In this document: piece after piece, positions 30,198-42,179 of the stretch
How the letters are laid out: every line of letters begins with the position of its first letter
Position numbering within the stretch: position 1 is the first letter of the stretch
Origin: an uncultured Candidatus Peribacteria bacterium
Lineage (GTDB): Bacteria; Patescibacteriota; Gracilibacteria; UBA1369
Reading direction: 5' to 3'
NCBI GenBank assembly: GCA_964346765.1
Contig: CAYFWB010000001.1
Location: forward strand, 226,087-290,086
DNA length: 64,000 nucleotides
Notes under the pieces: model-generated
Databases searched by the model: none
Told to the model about the DNA's origin: nothing
What the model saw: the letters and a program-made list of their open reading frames with translations, nothing else
Position numbers and translations under genes: made by a program

Positions 30198-30766
30198 TAA
30201 TTGTTTTGAAGAAAGTAGGTCACAATCTGTTCTGGTTTTTTAATTTCGGCCGGCATTTTGTTAAGAACCCTGTTGATTTCGTAGCGCTGGTATCCCAGCC
30301 CAAGAATGGCTGTGACGGCGTCTTCGTCTAATTGTGTCTGGCTGGATATCTGTCCTTCTCCCAGTGGCAGCGCGTCTATTTTATTTTTTAATTCAACGAT
30401 GATTCTGTCGGCTGTTTTTTTGCCGACGCCCGGAATTTTGCTAAGTATGGCAGTGTCTTCACCAACAATTGCGGATTTAACGGTTTCTATGTTTTGTGAC
30501 ATGATATCAATGGCCATTTTGGCACCCACGCCGTTAATTGCGATCAGCGTTTTAAAAAACTCTTGTTGCTCCAGATTTTCAAAACCGTAGAGGCTGATGT
30601 CGTCTTCTCTTACTTTGGTGAATATATAAAGTCCGGTTTCTTCTTTTTCCTGAAGATTATCTGCTACTATTAAAGGAATATTAACAAGATAGCCGACATT
30701 GCCGGTGTCCAAGATTACCGCTTTTTGAAGTTTTTTCAGAATTGTTCCCCTTAAATATGCGATCAT
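30197..30766 (-). CDS. ruvA: Holliday junction branch migration complex subunit RuvA
   Basis: MIAYLRG...VGY N-terminus and HhH motifs (INGVGAKMAIDI, IPGVGKKTADRI). Confidence 0.88.
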   Translation of the reverse strand: MIAYLRGTILKKLQKAVILDTGNVGYLVNIPLIVADNLQEKEETGLYIFTKVREDDISLYGFENLEQQEFFKTLIAINGVGAKMAIDIMSQNIETVKSAIVGEDTAILSKIPGVGKKTADRIIVELKNKIDALPLGEGQISSQTQLDEDAVTAILGLGYQRYEINRVLNKMPAEIKKPEQIVTYFLQNN

Positions 30767-30768
30767 AT

Positions 30769-31359
30769 TTATTTGATTTTTTTAAGGTTTTTGTACCAGT
30801 CGGTGAATTTTATTTTGCGCATCGTTGTTATCAGATTTTTGGCCGTTTTAGTGTTTAAAAGACTTTCGGCATTGTCGATCCAATTTTTGGTAGCGTTGTA
30901 TCCTGTGTCCAGATACTCTTTTGCTTGGAAAGCGGTTTCCAGAAGATCGGCGTCTTTAATAATTTTTCCTTCTTTTGAGGATAGATTTTCGTATTCCAGA
31001 AAATGCTTGAGAAATTTTTTTTGAGTGTCTTTCGGCAAACGGGCGTTTTGTTCTTTCCACGCAACCAGTTCTGCTTTTTTGGGATTAATGTATCTTTGAG
31101 CCACTTTATGTAGATCGGAAATTCTTGCTTCGGCGTTGTCATGTATTAGGGCGTGAAAAGCTACTTTTTCCGGGTTATCGTGTTTTTCTTCTTTGGCGAT
31201 GAAATAAGCGATGATAGCCGTTCTGAAAGCATGTTCGGCAATCGAGTCGGGTTGTCTAACTCCGGCCAGTTTAAAGCCGCTGTGTTTAAACTTTTTTAGA
31301 GCTCCAAGTTCAAAAATGTAATTGCAGAGATCTTTATTAGTCATGTTTGTATCTTGCAC
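30769..31359 (-). CDS. HD-domain phosphohydrolase (YfbR-like 5'-nucleotidase family)
   Basis: H...HD...D metal-site pattern (AEHAFRTA, LIHDNAEARISD). Confidence 0.7.
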   Translation of the reverse strand: MQDTNMTNKDLCNYIFELGALKKFKHSGFKLAGVRQPDSIAEHAFRTAIIAYFIAKEEKHDNPEKVAFHALIHDNAEARISDLHKVAQRYINPKKAELVAWKEQNARLPKDTQKKFLKHFLEYENLSSKEGKIIKDADLLETAFQAKEYLDTGYNATKNWIDNAESLLNTKTAKNLITTMRKIKFTDWYKNLKKIK

Positions 31360-31371
31360 AAAAAGCCTGAT

Positions 31372-32505
<1,134 letters not shown>

Positions 32506-32576
32506 TCAATAAATAAACAATACGAATTTACCAGATCTTTTGTTTAAGCGCTATTGTCTAAATTTTCGACCTTGAA

Positions 32577-32807
32577 TCAATCATCTTCTTTGCTTTTCGC
32601 GGATTTTATTACGGCTTCATATAAAGTGAAAGGCGTGTATTCTTCCAAAATGGTGTGAATTTGTCCCAGAATATATGTTTTGATGTTCCATTCTTTATCG
32701 TCTATTCGCGCGGTTATTTCTTCTCCATCTTCCCTTACGGTTATTTTTCCGTCCTCTATTGTTATGTCACAATTGTGTGCGGTGTATTTGACTGTTTCAG
32801 ATGACAT
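32577..32807 (-). CDS. hypothetical small protein (76 aa)
   Basis: Intact ORF ending in TGA. No family recognised. Confidence 0.4.
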   Translation of the reverse strand: MSSETVKYTAHNCDITIEDGKITVREDGEEITARIDDKEWNIKTYILGQIHTILEEYTPFTLYEAVIKSAKSKEDD

Positions 32808-32872
32808 GTTGTTGTATGTAAAAGGTCAGGGTGCATAATTTAGACATAAACATCATTGATTGCAAGTTTTAT

Positions 32873-33943
32873 TTACGCGTTTAGTGCTTTTTGTCGCAAA
32901 TGATGATCCATCAAGGTTATTGCGATCATGCTTTCGGCTACCGGTATCAGGCGAGGAATTATGCAGGAGTCGTGGCGTCCTTCTACTTTGATTGATGTTT
33001 TTTTACCCTTGTTGGTAACGGTTTTTTGTGGCTTCAAGATGCTTGAAGCGGGTTTTACCGCTACTCTGATAATGATATCTGTTCCAATTGAAATACCTCC
33101 GAAAATGCCCCCTGCGTTATTTGTAGCGGTAACGATTTTAGATTTTTTTTTAATAAATTTGTCATTATTCCGGGATCCTTTTAATGATGCCGCCTCAAAA
33201 CCTTTTCCGAACTCTACTCCTTTTACGGTGCCTATGGAAAATAAGGCTTTGGCAAGATTTGCTTGGAGTTTGTCAAAGACGGGTTCTCCCAGGCCAGTCG
33301 GCACATTTTTAATAATAAATTCAGCTATTCCGCCGCATGAATCCCCCTGATTTTTTAGTTCCAATATATACTTTTCCATTTTTTTCGCGGAAACGGGATC
33401 GGCACAGCGCAGGTTGTTTTTTTCTATGTGCTTTTCTTCAAAACGCGCGGCTTTAATTTCACCAACCTGTTTGGTGTGACCGATTATTTTGGTTTTGAAT
33501 GTATTTTTAAGATACTTTTTTGCTATTGCGCCCGCCATCACCCGGGCGGCCGTTTCACGCCCCGAAGAGCGTCCGCCGCCTCTGTAGTCTCTGAATCCAT
33601 ATTTAAGGTCAAATGAAAGATCGGCGTGACCGGGTCTGTAAATGTTTTTGACTGCTGAATAATCCTTAGATCTTTGATCTTTATTTCTAATCATCAGTGA
33701 AATCGGAGTTCCGCTTGTTTTTTCTTCAAAAATTCCGGAAAGAATCTCTACGTGGTCTTGTTCTTTTCTGGAAGAGCCGACGGCATTTTGTCCGGGCCGG
33801 CGTTTGTTTAATTCTTTTTGGATATCTTTTACACTTATTGGAAATCCGGGCGGGCATCCGTCAATTACCACTCCCAGAGCAGGCCCGTGGGATTCACCCC
33901 AGGTCGTTATCTGCAAAAGTGTGCCAAACGTGTTACCCGGCAT
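32873..33943 (-). CDS. aroC: chorismate synthase
   Basis: GESHG, RRPGQ and GGGRSSGRETA signatures. Confidence 0.93.
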   Translation of the reverse strand: MPGNTFGTLLQITTWGESHGPALGVVIDGCPPGFPISVKDIQKELNKRRPGQNAVGSSRKEQDHVEILSGIFEEKTSGTPISLMIRNKDQRSKDYSAVKNIYRPGHADLSFDLKYGFRDYRGGGRSSGRETAARVMAGAIAKKYLKNTFKTKIIGHTKQVGEIKAARFEEKHIEKNNLRCADPVSAKKMEKYILELKNQGDSCGGIAEFIIKNVPTGLGEPVFDKLQANLAKALFSIGTVKGVEFGKGFEAASLKGSRNNDKFIKKKSKIVTATNNAGGIFGGISIGTDIIIRVAVKPASSILKPQKTVTNKGKKTSIKVEGRHDSCIIPRLIPVAESMIAITLMDHHLRQKALNA

Positions 33944-33972
33944 TAAGATAACTGTTAATATTTATTTAGGTA

Positions 33973-34320
33973 TTACGCTGCTTTTTTCTTTGGAGTGGCT
34001 TGCTTTTTTTCCGTTTTTTCAACTTTTTTGTTGTTATCATTTTCGGTTTCTATGTTTTCTTCCAGCACTTCATCAAGTTCTTCGTCTAATTTGTTGACTT
34101 TTTTTTCTTGCATTTTTTGGGCTTTTTTTACTTTTTCCATGAACTTATCGACTCTACCCGCGGTATCCACAAGTTTCTGCTGGCCCGTATAAAACGGATG
34201 ACAGGCGGAGCAAATTTCTGTCTTGATTTCCGGGAGTGTTGAGCCTGTTATAAATACGTTGCCGCAAGAACAGGTTACTTTGATGTTTTCGTAATATTTT
34301 GGATGAATATTGGTTTTCAT
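33973..34320 (-). CDS. rpmE: 50S ribosomal protein L31 (zinc-binding type A) with a ~45 aa K/E-rich C-terminal extension
   Basis: [10 protein letters not shown]...CSCGN...[10 protein letters not shown]. The tail beyond ~aa 70 is low-complexity. Confidence 0.85.
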   Translation of the reverse strand: MKTNIHPKYYENIKVTCSCGNVFITGSTLPEIKTEICSACHPFYTGQQKLVDTAGRVDKFMEKVKKAQKMQEKKVNKLDEELDEVLEENIETENDNNKKVEKTEKKQATPKKKAA

Positions 34321-34394
34321 TGGTATTATTTATGCTTAATTGATTTTTAATGCTCGGGCACTATAATGTAATAGGTGTGGTTAGGCAAGGGGAT

Positions 34395-36974
34395 TTAAGC
34401 CTCAATCAAGGTTTCTTGATTGGAGTCGCTTTTTTTATTTTTATCTGTAGTCGATTCTTCGGGATTTTCGATTTCGGGGATTAACGAGCATGTGGCGACA
34501 TGGTCGCTGTTGTTCATTCTCATTAAGTAAACGCCTTGAGTGGCTCTGCCCTGGGAAGGTATGTCTTCAACACGCATTCTGAGTGTCTGGCCATGTTTGG
34601 ATATAAGGATCAGATCACCTTTTGTTGTATCGTCAATTACTGAAGCACTTACGATTTTACCGGTTTTTGCTGTTACATTGGCGGTTTTTACTCCGCTTCC
34701 TCCTCTTGCCTGCATGCGGTAATTAGTTGTTTTGGTGCATTTCCCAAGACCGTTTTCCATTATTACAAGTAGTTCCGTTTTTTTTTCGTTGGTGATGATA
34801 TCCATGTCCACGACTTTATCGTCATCTTTTAGTCTGATGCCGCGCACTCCCATAGAGGCTCTGCCGGTCGGGCTGATATCTTTTTCTTCAAAACGGATGG
34901 ATTTGCCGTTTTTGGTTATGATCATAATTTGATTGCCTTTGTTACAGAGTCTGCTCCATCTTAGGTAATCTCCATTACGTAGTTTGATGGCGATCAGGCC
35001 GCTTTTTCTGATGTTTTTGAAGTCTTCAAGAGGTGTCTTCTTGATGGTACCTTTTAGCGTCGCCATAACAAGAAATTCTCCTTTTTGTTCGTCTTTACTG
35101 GTAAGTATGGCGGTCACCTGTTCTTCTTTTTGAAGTTGCAGAAGATTCACAACCGCCATACCTTTGGCGGTGCGTGAACCGACCGGAATTTCGTATACCG
35201 GCAGGCGGAATACTCTTCCGTAATTGGTAAAGAAAAGGATGCTGTCATGGGTCATGGCTTCTCTTATGGAAACAATTTCGTCTTGTTCTTTTGTGGTGAC
35301 ACCGATGATGCCTTTGCCGCCCCTGTGTTGGGCGCGAAAGGTGCTTGGCGGTAGTCTCTTAATGTAGTTTTCTTTGGTCAACATTACGATTGCCGGTTCA
35401 TTCGGAATTGTGTCTTTTTGGCTGATTTTATTGAGTGCTTCCGGTCTTACTTCTGTTTTTCTTTCGTCTGCGTAGCGTTTTTTTACGTCTTTTAGTTCTT
35501 TTTCAATTATATCCAATATTTTTTGCGGGTCTTTTAAAATGGCTTCCAATTCTTTGATCAAAGCCAGTTTTTCGGCGAGTTCGTTTTCTATTTTTTTTCT
35601 TTCCAGACCGGCCAGTGTTTGCAGTCTCATTTCTAAAATCGCTTTGGCCTGAATGTCCGTGAGCATGAATTTGGAGACAAGCTGTTTGTGAGCTTCTTCT
35701 TTGTCCGCGGATGATCTAATAGTACTTATTACTTCATCGATGTTGTCCAAGGCGACTTTTAATCCTTCCAGAATGTGAGCTCTTTCTCTGGCGATTCTTA
35801 GTTCGTATTTTGTTCTGTTGGTAACAACGATTTGTCTGTGTTCAATGAAATATGACAGTATTTGTTTTAGATCCAGCAGTTTTGGTTGTAATCCTTCAAC
35901 AAGCGCGATCATGTTATAGTTAAAGCTTTGTTGCATAGGTGTCAGTTTGTAGAGCTGGTTCAAAATCTTTTTGGGATATGCGTCTTTCTTTAGTTCGATT
36001 ACGACGCGGATGCCTTCTCTGTTTGATTCATCGCGCACGTCACTGATTCCCAAAATTTTCTTGTCTCTGACCAGGTCGGCGATTTTTGTGACTAAATTGG
36101 CTTTATTAACCTGATAAGGGATTTCCGTAATGATAATCACAAATCTTCCTCCCTTTTTTTCTGTTATTTCGGCGCGGGCTCTCATTATGACACTGCCGCG
36201 ACCTGTCGTGTAAGCCGTTTTTACTGCTTCTTGATCGTAAATAATGCCTTGTGTCGGGAAGTCCGGACCTTTGATATATTTTAAGAGGTTTTCTACTGTT
36301 GTATCGGGATTTTTGATCAGATGTTGAAGCGCGTTTACCACCTCTCCAAGGTTGTGTGGAGGGATTGAAGTCGCCATTCCAACGGCGATTCCCGTACTGC
36401 CGTTAAGCATCAGTTGCGGAACTTTGGCGGGCAGTACTTGGGGTTCTTTGAATCTTCCATCATAGTTTTCAATCCATGGTACTGTCTCTTTTTCTATGTC
36501 AGCCATCATTTCATCCGTTACTTTGTCCATTTTGGCTTCCGTATAACGCATGGCGGCGGGGTTGTCGCCATCAATCGAACCAAAGTTACCTTGGCCTTTA
36601 ACTAGTGTGTATCTTAGAGCAAAATCTTGTGCCATACGCACCATTGCTTGATAAACGGGGGAGTCACCGTGCGGATGGTATTTACCAAGTACTTCACCAA
36701 CAACATATGCCGATTTGCGGAATGATGATCCGTGACTTAAGCCCAGGTCATGCATCGCGTAAAGGATTCTTCTTTGCACCGGTTTTAAGCCGTCTCGTAC
36801 GTCCGGCAAAGCACGTGAAACAATTACGCTCATGGCGTAATCCAGATAGGCGTTTTGCATTGCTTGTGAAATGCTATGTTGTCGATATTCAGAAAACATT
36901 TGCAGTTCTGTTGTAATTTGTTCTTCGTTGTTATTTTCTTCCGGTGTGGTGTTTGAGTCTTTTTCTTCCGCCAT
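34395..36974 (-). CDS. gyrA: DNA gyrase subunit A
   Basis: [12 protein letters not shown], the active-site region AAMRYTE and C-terminal beta-pinwheel repeats. Confidence 0.97.
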   Translation of the reverse strand: MAEEKDSNTTPEENNNEEQITTELQMFSEYRQHSISQAMQNAYLDYAMSVIVSRALPDVRDGLKPVQRRILYAMHDLGLSHGSSFRKSAYVVGEVLGKYHPHGDSPVYQAMVRMAQDFALRYTLVKGQGNFGSIDGDNPAAMRYTEAKMDKVTDEMMADIEKETVPWIENYDGRFKEPQVLPAKVPQLMLNGSTGIAVGMATSIPPHNLGEVVNALQHLIKNPDTTVENLLKYIKGPDFPTQGIIYDQEAVKTAYTTGRGSVIMRARAEITEKKGGRFVIIITEIPYQVNKANLVTKIADLVRDKKILGISDVRDESNREGIRVVIELKKDAYPKKILNQLYKLTPMQQSFNYNMIALVEGLQPKLLDLKQILSYFIEHRQIVVTNRTKYELRIARERAHILEGLKVALDNIDEVISTIRSSADKEEAHKQLVSKFMLTDIQAKAILEMRLQTLAGLERKKIENELAEKLALIKELEAILKDPQKILDIIEKELKDVKKRYADERKTEVRPEALNKISQKDTIPNEPAIVMLTKENYIKRLPPSTFRAQHRGGKGIIGVTTKEQDEIVSIREAMTHDSILFFTNYGRVFRLPVYEIPVGSRTAKGMAVVNLLQLQKEEQVTAILTSKDEQKGEFLVMATLKGTIKKTPLEDFKNIRKSGLIAIKLRNGDYLRWSRLCNKGNQIMIITKNGKSIRFEEKDISPTGRASMGVRGIRLKDDDKVVDMDIITNEKKTELLVIMENGLGKCTKTTNYRMQARGGSGVKTANVTAKTGKIVSASVIDDTTKGDLILISKHGQTLRMRVEDIPSQGRATQGVYLMRMNNSDHVATCSLIPEIENPEESTTDKNKKSDSNQETLIEA

Positions 36975-37073
36975 GTCTTTTGGCTTTAAGTATATACAGA
37001 TTGATAGGTCGGCGGATACTCTAGCACAATTTTTAAGAAAAAACAGCTCTAATTCCCAAGTTGAGTTGATTCC

Positions 37074-37102
37074 TTGAAGAAAAGCTTATTTTTTGGTATA
37101 CT
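37074..37102 (+). promoter_or_regulatory. sigma-70-like promoter (TTGAAG-17 nt-TATACT)
   Basis: Hexamers at 37074-37079 and 37097-37102, about 34 nt upstream of the ATG at 37136. Confidence 0.4.
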
Positions 37103-37135
37103 ATTAAGAAAAATTGAATCCGAAAAAAAGCAAGT

Positions 37136-40100
37136 ATGGCGGATGATCAAAAGCAAAATCAGACTTCTGTAAATGTTCCGGCGGTTCAGGATAATGATGC
37201 TCCGGCACCGGATTGGCTTAAGAACACTAAAGATCTTGCTATTCATGAAGAAAATAAAAAAGTGTCCAATCAAAATGGAGCTCATGTTGCGCAAAGTGAA
37301 TCCCGGCCTTTGCAGGAGAAAACGAAGTTTTCAAATCAAGTTCAACCAATGATCGAGCAAAAAGAAGAAAAGAAGAGTGTTGAAGATTTGACAAAAAAAG
37401 AATTGCCGGCTTGGTTGCAGGTAGCTCAAGGGCAGTCGGCCAAGGCGGGTGAAACGGCGCTGCCTAAAGACGGCGGATCGGAAGATAAAACACAAAATCA
37501 GAAAGTTGAACAGGCGGCGGTCAAAAGTTTTTCCGGTACAGCCGCCCAGACTAATCAAACAGGTGTGCAGTCTGTTTCGCAAAGGGGAGACACGGCATTT
37601 TCAGAGGCTGTGCAAACTAAAGCTAAAGCTGGGGTTGAAGATAAAGCTGTTGATCAACAGTCCAAATCTGTGCCGGTTAAAACGGCGGGTGATATTTCAG
37701 CGGTCAATCAACAAAAAGCGGTTGCCGCGCCATCGGGTTTGCTTGAAACCGCTTCCAATGGTAATCCGAAACAGTCTATGATCCAGACGGCTCCTGCGGA
37801 AAATGTTGTTGAGCCGGTTGAGAGCAAGCAGTCTGTTCCGGCAAAAAAACAACCAAAGGTTTCAGAGTCTCAGCAAAAAAACAAAAAAAAAGAAAAAAAG
37901 GAGGAAGTAGCTAAGAAGAAAAAGGATCTTTTTGAATCAGCTAAAAAAATTTTTGTAAAATCAGCGGAAAATGCTAAGGCGGCGGTTGAAGAAGGCAGAA
38001 CGGCAGGTGTTCCTGAAAAGAAAAGTAAGAAAGAGGCCGTTCGGGTTACTCCAGTTGATAAAGGTAAGAAAGGATCTAAAAAAAAGGACGCGGAAGTGAC
38101 GGCCGAGGAAAAACAAAAATTGATTGAGGCTGAAAAAATATTTCAGGAGGGTTTGACTACAATCCGGGATTTGATTGCTCCTTCTTCCATGGAGATCAGA
38201 TACGATTCGTTGAGAATAGAAGGAATGTACGCGCAGAGTTTTTATGTTTATACATACCCTAGGTACCTAAATACGAACTGGCTCAGTCCGATTGTGAATT
38301 TTGACGTGACCATGGATATAGCGCAGTTTATATATCCTATTGATTCAAGCGAAATAATGAAAGTGTTGAAGAAAAAAGTTACTCAGATGCAATCGTCGGT
38401 CAGAATGAGACAACAGAAGGGGATGGTTAGTGATCCGGCACTGGAAACCGCTTTGCAGGACGCGGAAGAATTGCGAGTGCAGATCCAAAGAGGACAGGAG
38501 AAGTTTTTTCAGTTTGGTTTGTATTTCACAATCTATACCTCTGAAGAAAAAAAAATCGACAAGGTCGCGAAGCATTTGGAAAGTTTGCTCGGGGGTAAAT
38601 TGATTTTAACAAAAAAGGCGGAGCTTCAGATGGAGCATGCTTTTAATTCAACTCTGCCATTGTGTCTGGACGAGCTGGAAATTCGTTCAAATATGAATAC
38701 TTCCCCTTTGTCGAGTACTTTTCCTTTTAGCTCTTCGGATCTTACTTCGGATGAAGGAATTTTGTACGGACTTAACAGGCATAATGACAGTCTGATAATT
38801 TTTGATAGATTTTCACTTGAAAATGCCAATTCGGTTGTGTTCGCGAAATCCGGTGCGGGAAAGTCTTATGCTGTAAAACTTGAAATTTTAAGATCGATGA
38901 TGACGGGTTCTGATGTGATTGTGATTGATCCGGAAAATGAATATGAAGCATTAAGTCAAACGGTTGGAGGTTCTTATTTAAGAGTTTCTTTGACTTCGGA
39001 GAGGCGTATTAATCCTTTTGATTTGCCGCAACCTCTTGAAGGCGAAGAGGAAATGCCCGGAGATGTTTTAAGGTCCAATATTATCAATTTAAACGGTCTT
39101 CTAAAAATTATGTTGGGCGGGATTACTCCCGAAGAGGAGGCGATTTTGGATAAAGCTTTGAATGATGTTTACGCGTTGAAGGGAATAACTATGAAAGTGG
39201 TGGATCCAAGCAGTATACCGCCGCCCACGATGGAAGATCTTCAACAAATTTTATCAACTATGGAGGGAGCTACCAGTATGGCTCAGAGACTTGAAAAGTT
39301 TACCAGCGGTACCTATTCCGGGATTTTTAACAAGCCGACAAATATTGATTTGCAGAGTGGGTTGATGGTTTTCAGTATTAGGGATTTGGAGGACGCATTG
39401 AGGCCTATCGCCATGTATATTATTTTGAATTATATATGGAGCAGAGTGAGGTCGAAATTAAAAAGGAGGTTGCTTGTGATCGATGAGGCTTGGACTATGA
39501 TGCAGTATGAAGATTCGGCCAAGTTTTTGTTTGGACTTGTAAAAAGGTCCAGAAAGTATTTTTTAGGTATTACTACAATAACACAGGATGTTGAGGATTT
39601 TATTAAGAGTCCTTATGGAAAGCCCGTTGTAACTAACTCGTCGACGCAGCTTTTATTGAAGCAGGCGCCCGCCGCAATTGATATTTTGGCGAAGATATTT
39701 AATTTAACCGAAGGAGAAAAATATATGCTTTTAAACAGCGGTGTTGGACAGGGATTGTTTTTTGCGGGGTTAAAACATGTGGCGATACAGATAATTGCTT
39801 CATATACGGAAGACAAGATCGTTACCACTAATCCCGAGGAAATATTAAGAAGTAGGGAGATTATGGAACAGTATGAGTCATCTTCTTTTTCTAATCAGCA
39901 GTCAGTAAATAATGGGTCTTCCACTGATAATTCTACACAACCTGCGGCCTCTGAACAGCAGGTTACACAACAGCCTGATACTCTACAGCAGGGGGAGGCG
40001 GCAGGAGGTGTGAAGCAATCAGTTCAAGAGGGAACAGAGCAGACGGCCGCGCCGGTCTCGGCAGGGACTCAAAGTGCGGATCAAACTAAAAATGCGACAT

Positions 40101-40234
40101 ATCCTGTTGAAACGCCCGTGCAACAAACCGGCGCGGCCCAGCCAGATCAACAGCCGACAACGAATTCGCAGGTGATGCCCGGTGAAATTCCTTCATCCGG
40201 GGAAGAAATTAAGTATGAACCTCCACATGAATAG
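37136..40234 (+). CDS. VirB4/TrsE-family type IV secretion-like ATPase with ~330 aa low-complexity N-terminal and ~130 aa Q/T-rich C-terminal extensions
   Basis: CagE/TrbE/VirB-like segment (IAPSSMEIRYDSLRIEGMYAQSFYVYTYPRY...), Walker A FAKSGAGKSY and Walker B RRLLVIDEAW. Confidence 0.8.
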   Translation: MADDQKQNQTSVNVPAVQDNDAPAPDWLKNTKDLAIHEENKKVSNQNGAHVAQSESRPLQEKTKFSNQVQPMIEQKEEKKSVEDLTKKELPAWLQVAQGQSAKAGETALPKDGGSEDKTQNQKVEQAAVKSFSGTAAQTNQTGVQSVSQRGDTAFSEAVQTKAKAGVEDKAVDQQSKSVPVKTAGDISAVNQQKAVAAPSGLLETASNGNPKQSMIQTAPAENVVEPVESKQSVPAKKQPKVSESQQKNKKKEKKEEVAKKKKDLFESAKKIFVKSAENAKAAVEEGRTAGVPEKKSKKEAVRVTPVDKGKKGSKKKDAEVTAEEKQKLIEAEKIFQEGLTTIRDLIAPSSMEIRYDSLRIEGMYAQSFYVYTYPRYLNTNWLSPIVNFDVTMDIAQFIYPIDSSEIMKVLKKKVTQMQSSVRMRQQKGMVSDPALETALQDAEELRVQIQRGQEKFFQFGLYFTIYTSEEKKIDKVAKHLESLLGGKLILTKKAELQMEHAFNSTLPLCLDELEIRSNMNTSPLSSTFPFSSSDLTSDEGILYGLNRHNDSLIIFDRFSLENANSVVFAKSGAGKSYAVKLEILRSMMTGSDVIVIDPENEYEALSQTVGGSYLRVSLTSERRINPFDLPQPLEGEEEMPGDVLRSNIINLNGLLKIMLGGITPEEEAILDKALNDVYALKGITMKVVDPSSIPPPTMEDLQQILSTMEGATSMAQRLEKFTSGTYSGIFNKPTNIDLQSGLMVFSIRDLEDALRPIAMYIILNYIWSRVRSKLKRRLLVIDEAWTMMQYEDSAKFLFGLVKRSRKYFLGITTITQDVEDFIKSPYGKPVVTNSSTQLLLKQAPAAIDILAKIFNLTEGEKYMLLNSGVGQGLFFAGLKHVAIQIIASYTEDKIVTTNPEEILRSREIMEQYESSSFSNQQSVNNGSSTDNSTQPAASEQQVTQQPDTLQQGEAAGGVKQSVQEGTEQTAAPVSAGTQSADQTKNATYPVETPVQQTGAAQPDQQPTTNSQVMPGEIPSSGEEIKYEPPHE

Positions 40235-40254
40235 GCAAAAATTGAACGGGTTTT

Positions 40255-42036
40255 TTATATCATCGATTCCAGTTCATCGATCGCTTTTTGAAGTTGTGAA
40301 TCGGTTTTACCGATGGTATCATCTTTGGTCGCGACCACTTCAATAGTGGGTTTTATTCCGGAGTGGTCTATATCATTTCCTTCAGGAGTCAACCACTTGG
40401 CAATGCTTAGTTTTAAAAGACTGCCGTCGGTATAGATATTAACTTCCTGCACTGTTCCTTTGCCATAGGTCTGTTCACCAACCAACGTCGCGGATTTTTT
40501 TTCTAGCAATGCCGCCGCCACTATTTCAGCCGCGGAAGCCGTATTTTCGTTTATCAGCACAACTACAGGCATATTTTTTAGAGTTCCGGCTCCGGGTGAT
40601 TTTTCATTGTAATATTGATCCGCTATTTTCAATTTTGCCACGGTTTCGTTTTTTTCGAAAAAGTAGCCCAGAATGTCCAGTGCTGAATCAACATATCCAC
40701 CCGGATTGTCTCTTAAATCAAGAATTAATCCTTTCGGGTCATTGGCCATGGTTTCAGTCAGTATTTTGTCAAATTCTGCGGTTGTGGAGTCGGTGAATTG
40801 ATAAATCGCTATATATCCGAGGGAAGATGGTACTTCGGTGGAATTGGCTTCCAATAATACAGTATCAAGAGTTATTTGTTTTCTGTTTATTTCAAATGTG
40901 AGTATTTCCCCATCTCTGTCCACTTTCAGTTCGACACTTGTTCCCGCGGGTCCTTTTATTGCGTCAATCATTTTATCAATTTGGTCGGTTGTGAATGATT
41001 TACCGTCTATGCTCATAATCAGATCACCGCTCTTTACACCGGCGTTGTCTGCCGGAGAATTGTTAATAACACCGATGATAATAAATTGGTTTTCGTAAGT
41101 ATCTATCACGGTTCCGATTCCTTCATAATTTCCTTCGAGCGTGTTTCTCAATTCGTCAGCCAGTTCAGGCTCCTGGAAAAGGGAGTAAGGGTCATCCAGA
41201 CTGTCAACCATGCCGCCGATTGCACCATAGATGAGCTTATCGTCATTAAGATTTTTTTTGTATAAGTATTGATCGTTGATTTTGTTATAAACGGAAACGA
41301 AAATCGGGAATTTTTTATTGTTAAAGAGGTCACTTTGCTCGTTTTCAACTATAAAGTTAGGTTCGGAAAGATCAATTTCTATGGTCGGCGTTACAGCGTC
41401 CGGATTTTTTTCTTTGTACTGAGCTGTTTTATACAGTAGCTCTGCTATGTCCCCCCTGGTGAGTAAACCGCCGGGGAAAAAAATGGGATTTTTTTCTTCT
41501 ATGAAGATACCGCTTTTTTCTGCTCCTTTGACTATTCTGAAGTATTTATAGTCGGGTGAAATGTCGTTAAAAATGGATGTTGTTTCTTCAGTATAGGGAG
41601 TGGGAATACCTTCAAGAGGCATCAGCATTTTTAAAGCTTGGATTCTTTCTAACGGATTTGCCCCCAAAAAGACCGGCCAGTCATGATTAACTTCTATAAG
41701 GTTCAGTTCAAGAGCTTTTTTTACATAGGGTGCGAACCAGTAGCCGCTGCCAACATCGGTAAAAGGGGTTTCGTAAAATCCCTCCCTTGGTTTATACCCC
41801 ACATGATTTAACAACATTTTTAGGAATTCCGCTTTTGTGGCCAGAGTGTCAGGTTTAAACGATCCGTCGTCGTATCCCTTTATAATGTTGTTTTCATATA
41901 AATACATAATCGCTTCATATTGAGGGTGGTTGATCTCAAGATCCGTAAATTGAGCGTTGGCGGTCGCAGGTATGATGAAGAGCAGAGAAAATCCGAAAAT
42001 GATCGCGGACACGGTTTTTTGTTTGATTGAATGCAT
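40255..42036 (-). CDS. S41 family C-terminal processing peptidase with three N-terminal SLH-like repeats and a PDZ domain
   Basis: Signal peptide, SLH pattern (FTDL...AIMYLYENNIIKGYDDGSFKPD...KAEFLKML), PDZ (GVKSGDLIMSIDG) and the S41 catalytic region (LINENTASAAEI, KGTVQ). Confidence 0.85.
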   Translation of the reverse strand: MHSIKQKTVSAIIFGFSLLFIIPATANAQFTDLEINHPQYEAIMYLYENNIIKGYDDGSFKPDTLATKAEFLKMLLNHVGYKPREGFYETPFTDVGSGYWFAPYVKKALELNLIEVNHDWPVFLGANPLERIQALKMLMPLEGIPTPYTEETTSIFNDISPDYKYFRIVKGAEKSGIFIEEKNPIFFPGGLLTRGDIAELLYKTAQYKEKNPDAVTPTIEIDLSEPNFIVENEQSDLFNNKKFPIFVSVYNKINDQYLYKKNLNDDKLIYGAIGGMVDSLDDPYSLFQEPELADELRNTLEGNYEGIGTVIDTYENQFIIIGVINNSPADNAGVKSGDLIMSIDGKSFTTDQIDKMIDAIKGPAGTSVELKVDRDGEILTFEINRKQITLDTVLLEANSTEVPSSLGYIAIYQFTDSTTAEFDKILTETMANDPKGLILDLRDNPGGYVDSALDILGYFFEKNETVAKLKIADQYYNEKSPGAGTLKNMPVVVLINENTASAAEIVAAALLEKKSATLVGEQTYGKGTVQEVNIYTDGSLLKLSIAKWLTPEGNDIDHSGIKPTIEVVATKDDTIGKTDSQLQKAIDELESMI

Positions 42037-42112
42037 GCTTGAGGTGGATATTTAAATTTTAACAGAGTATAGGTTATTCACTGTTTAAAAACAACTAAAG
42101 GCAATGGATCCG

Positions 42113-42141
42113 TTTACAAAAAGGGATAAAACGTCTATAAT
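42113..42141 (+). promoter_or_regulatory. sigma-70-like promoter (TTTACA-17 nt-TATAAT)
   Basis: Hexamers at 42113-42118 and 42136-42141, upstream of the ATG at 42180. Confidence 0.4.
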
Positions 42142-42179
42142 ATAAAGAATAATTACAATCTTTATTTATAAAGCCAATA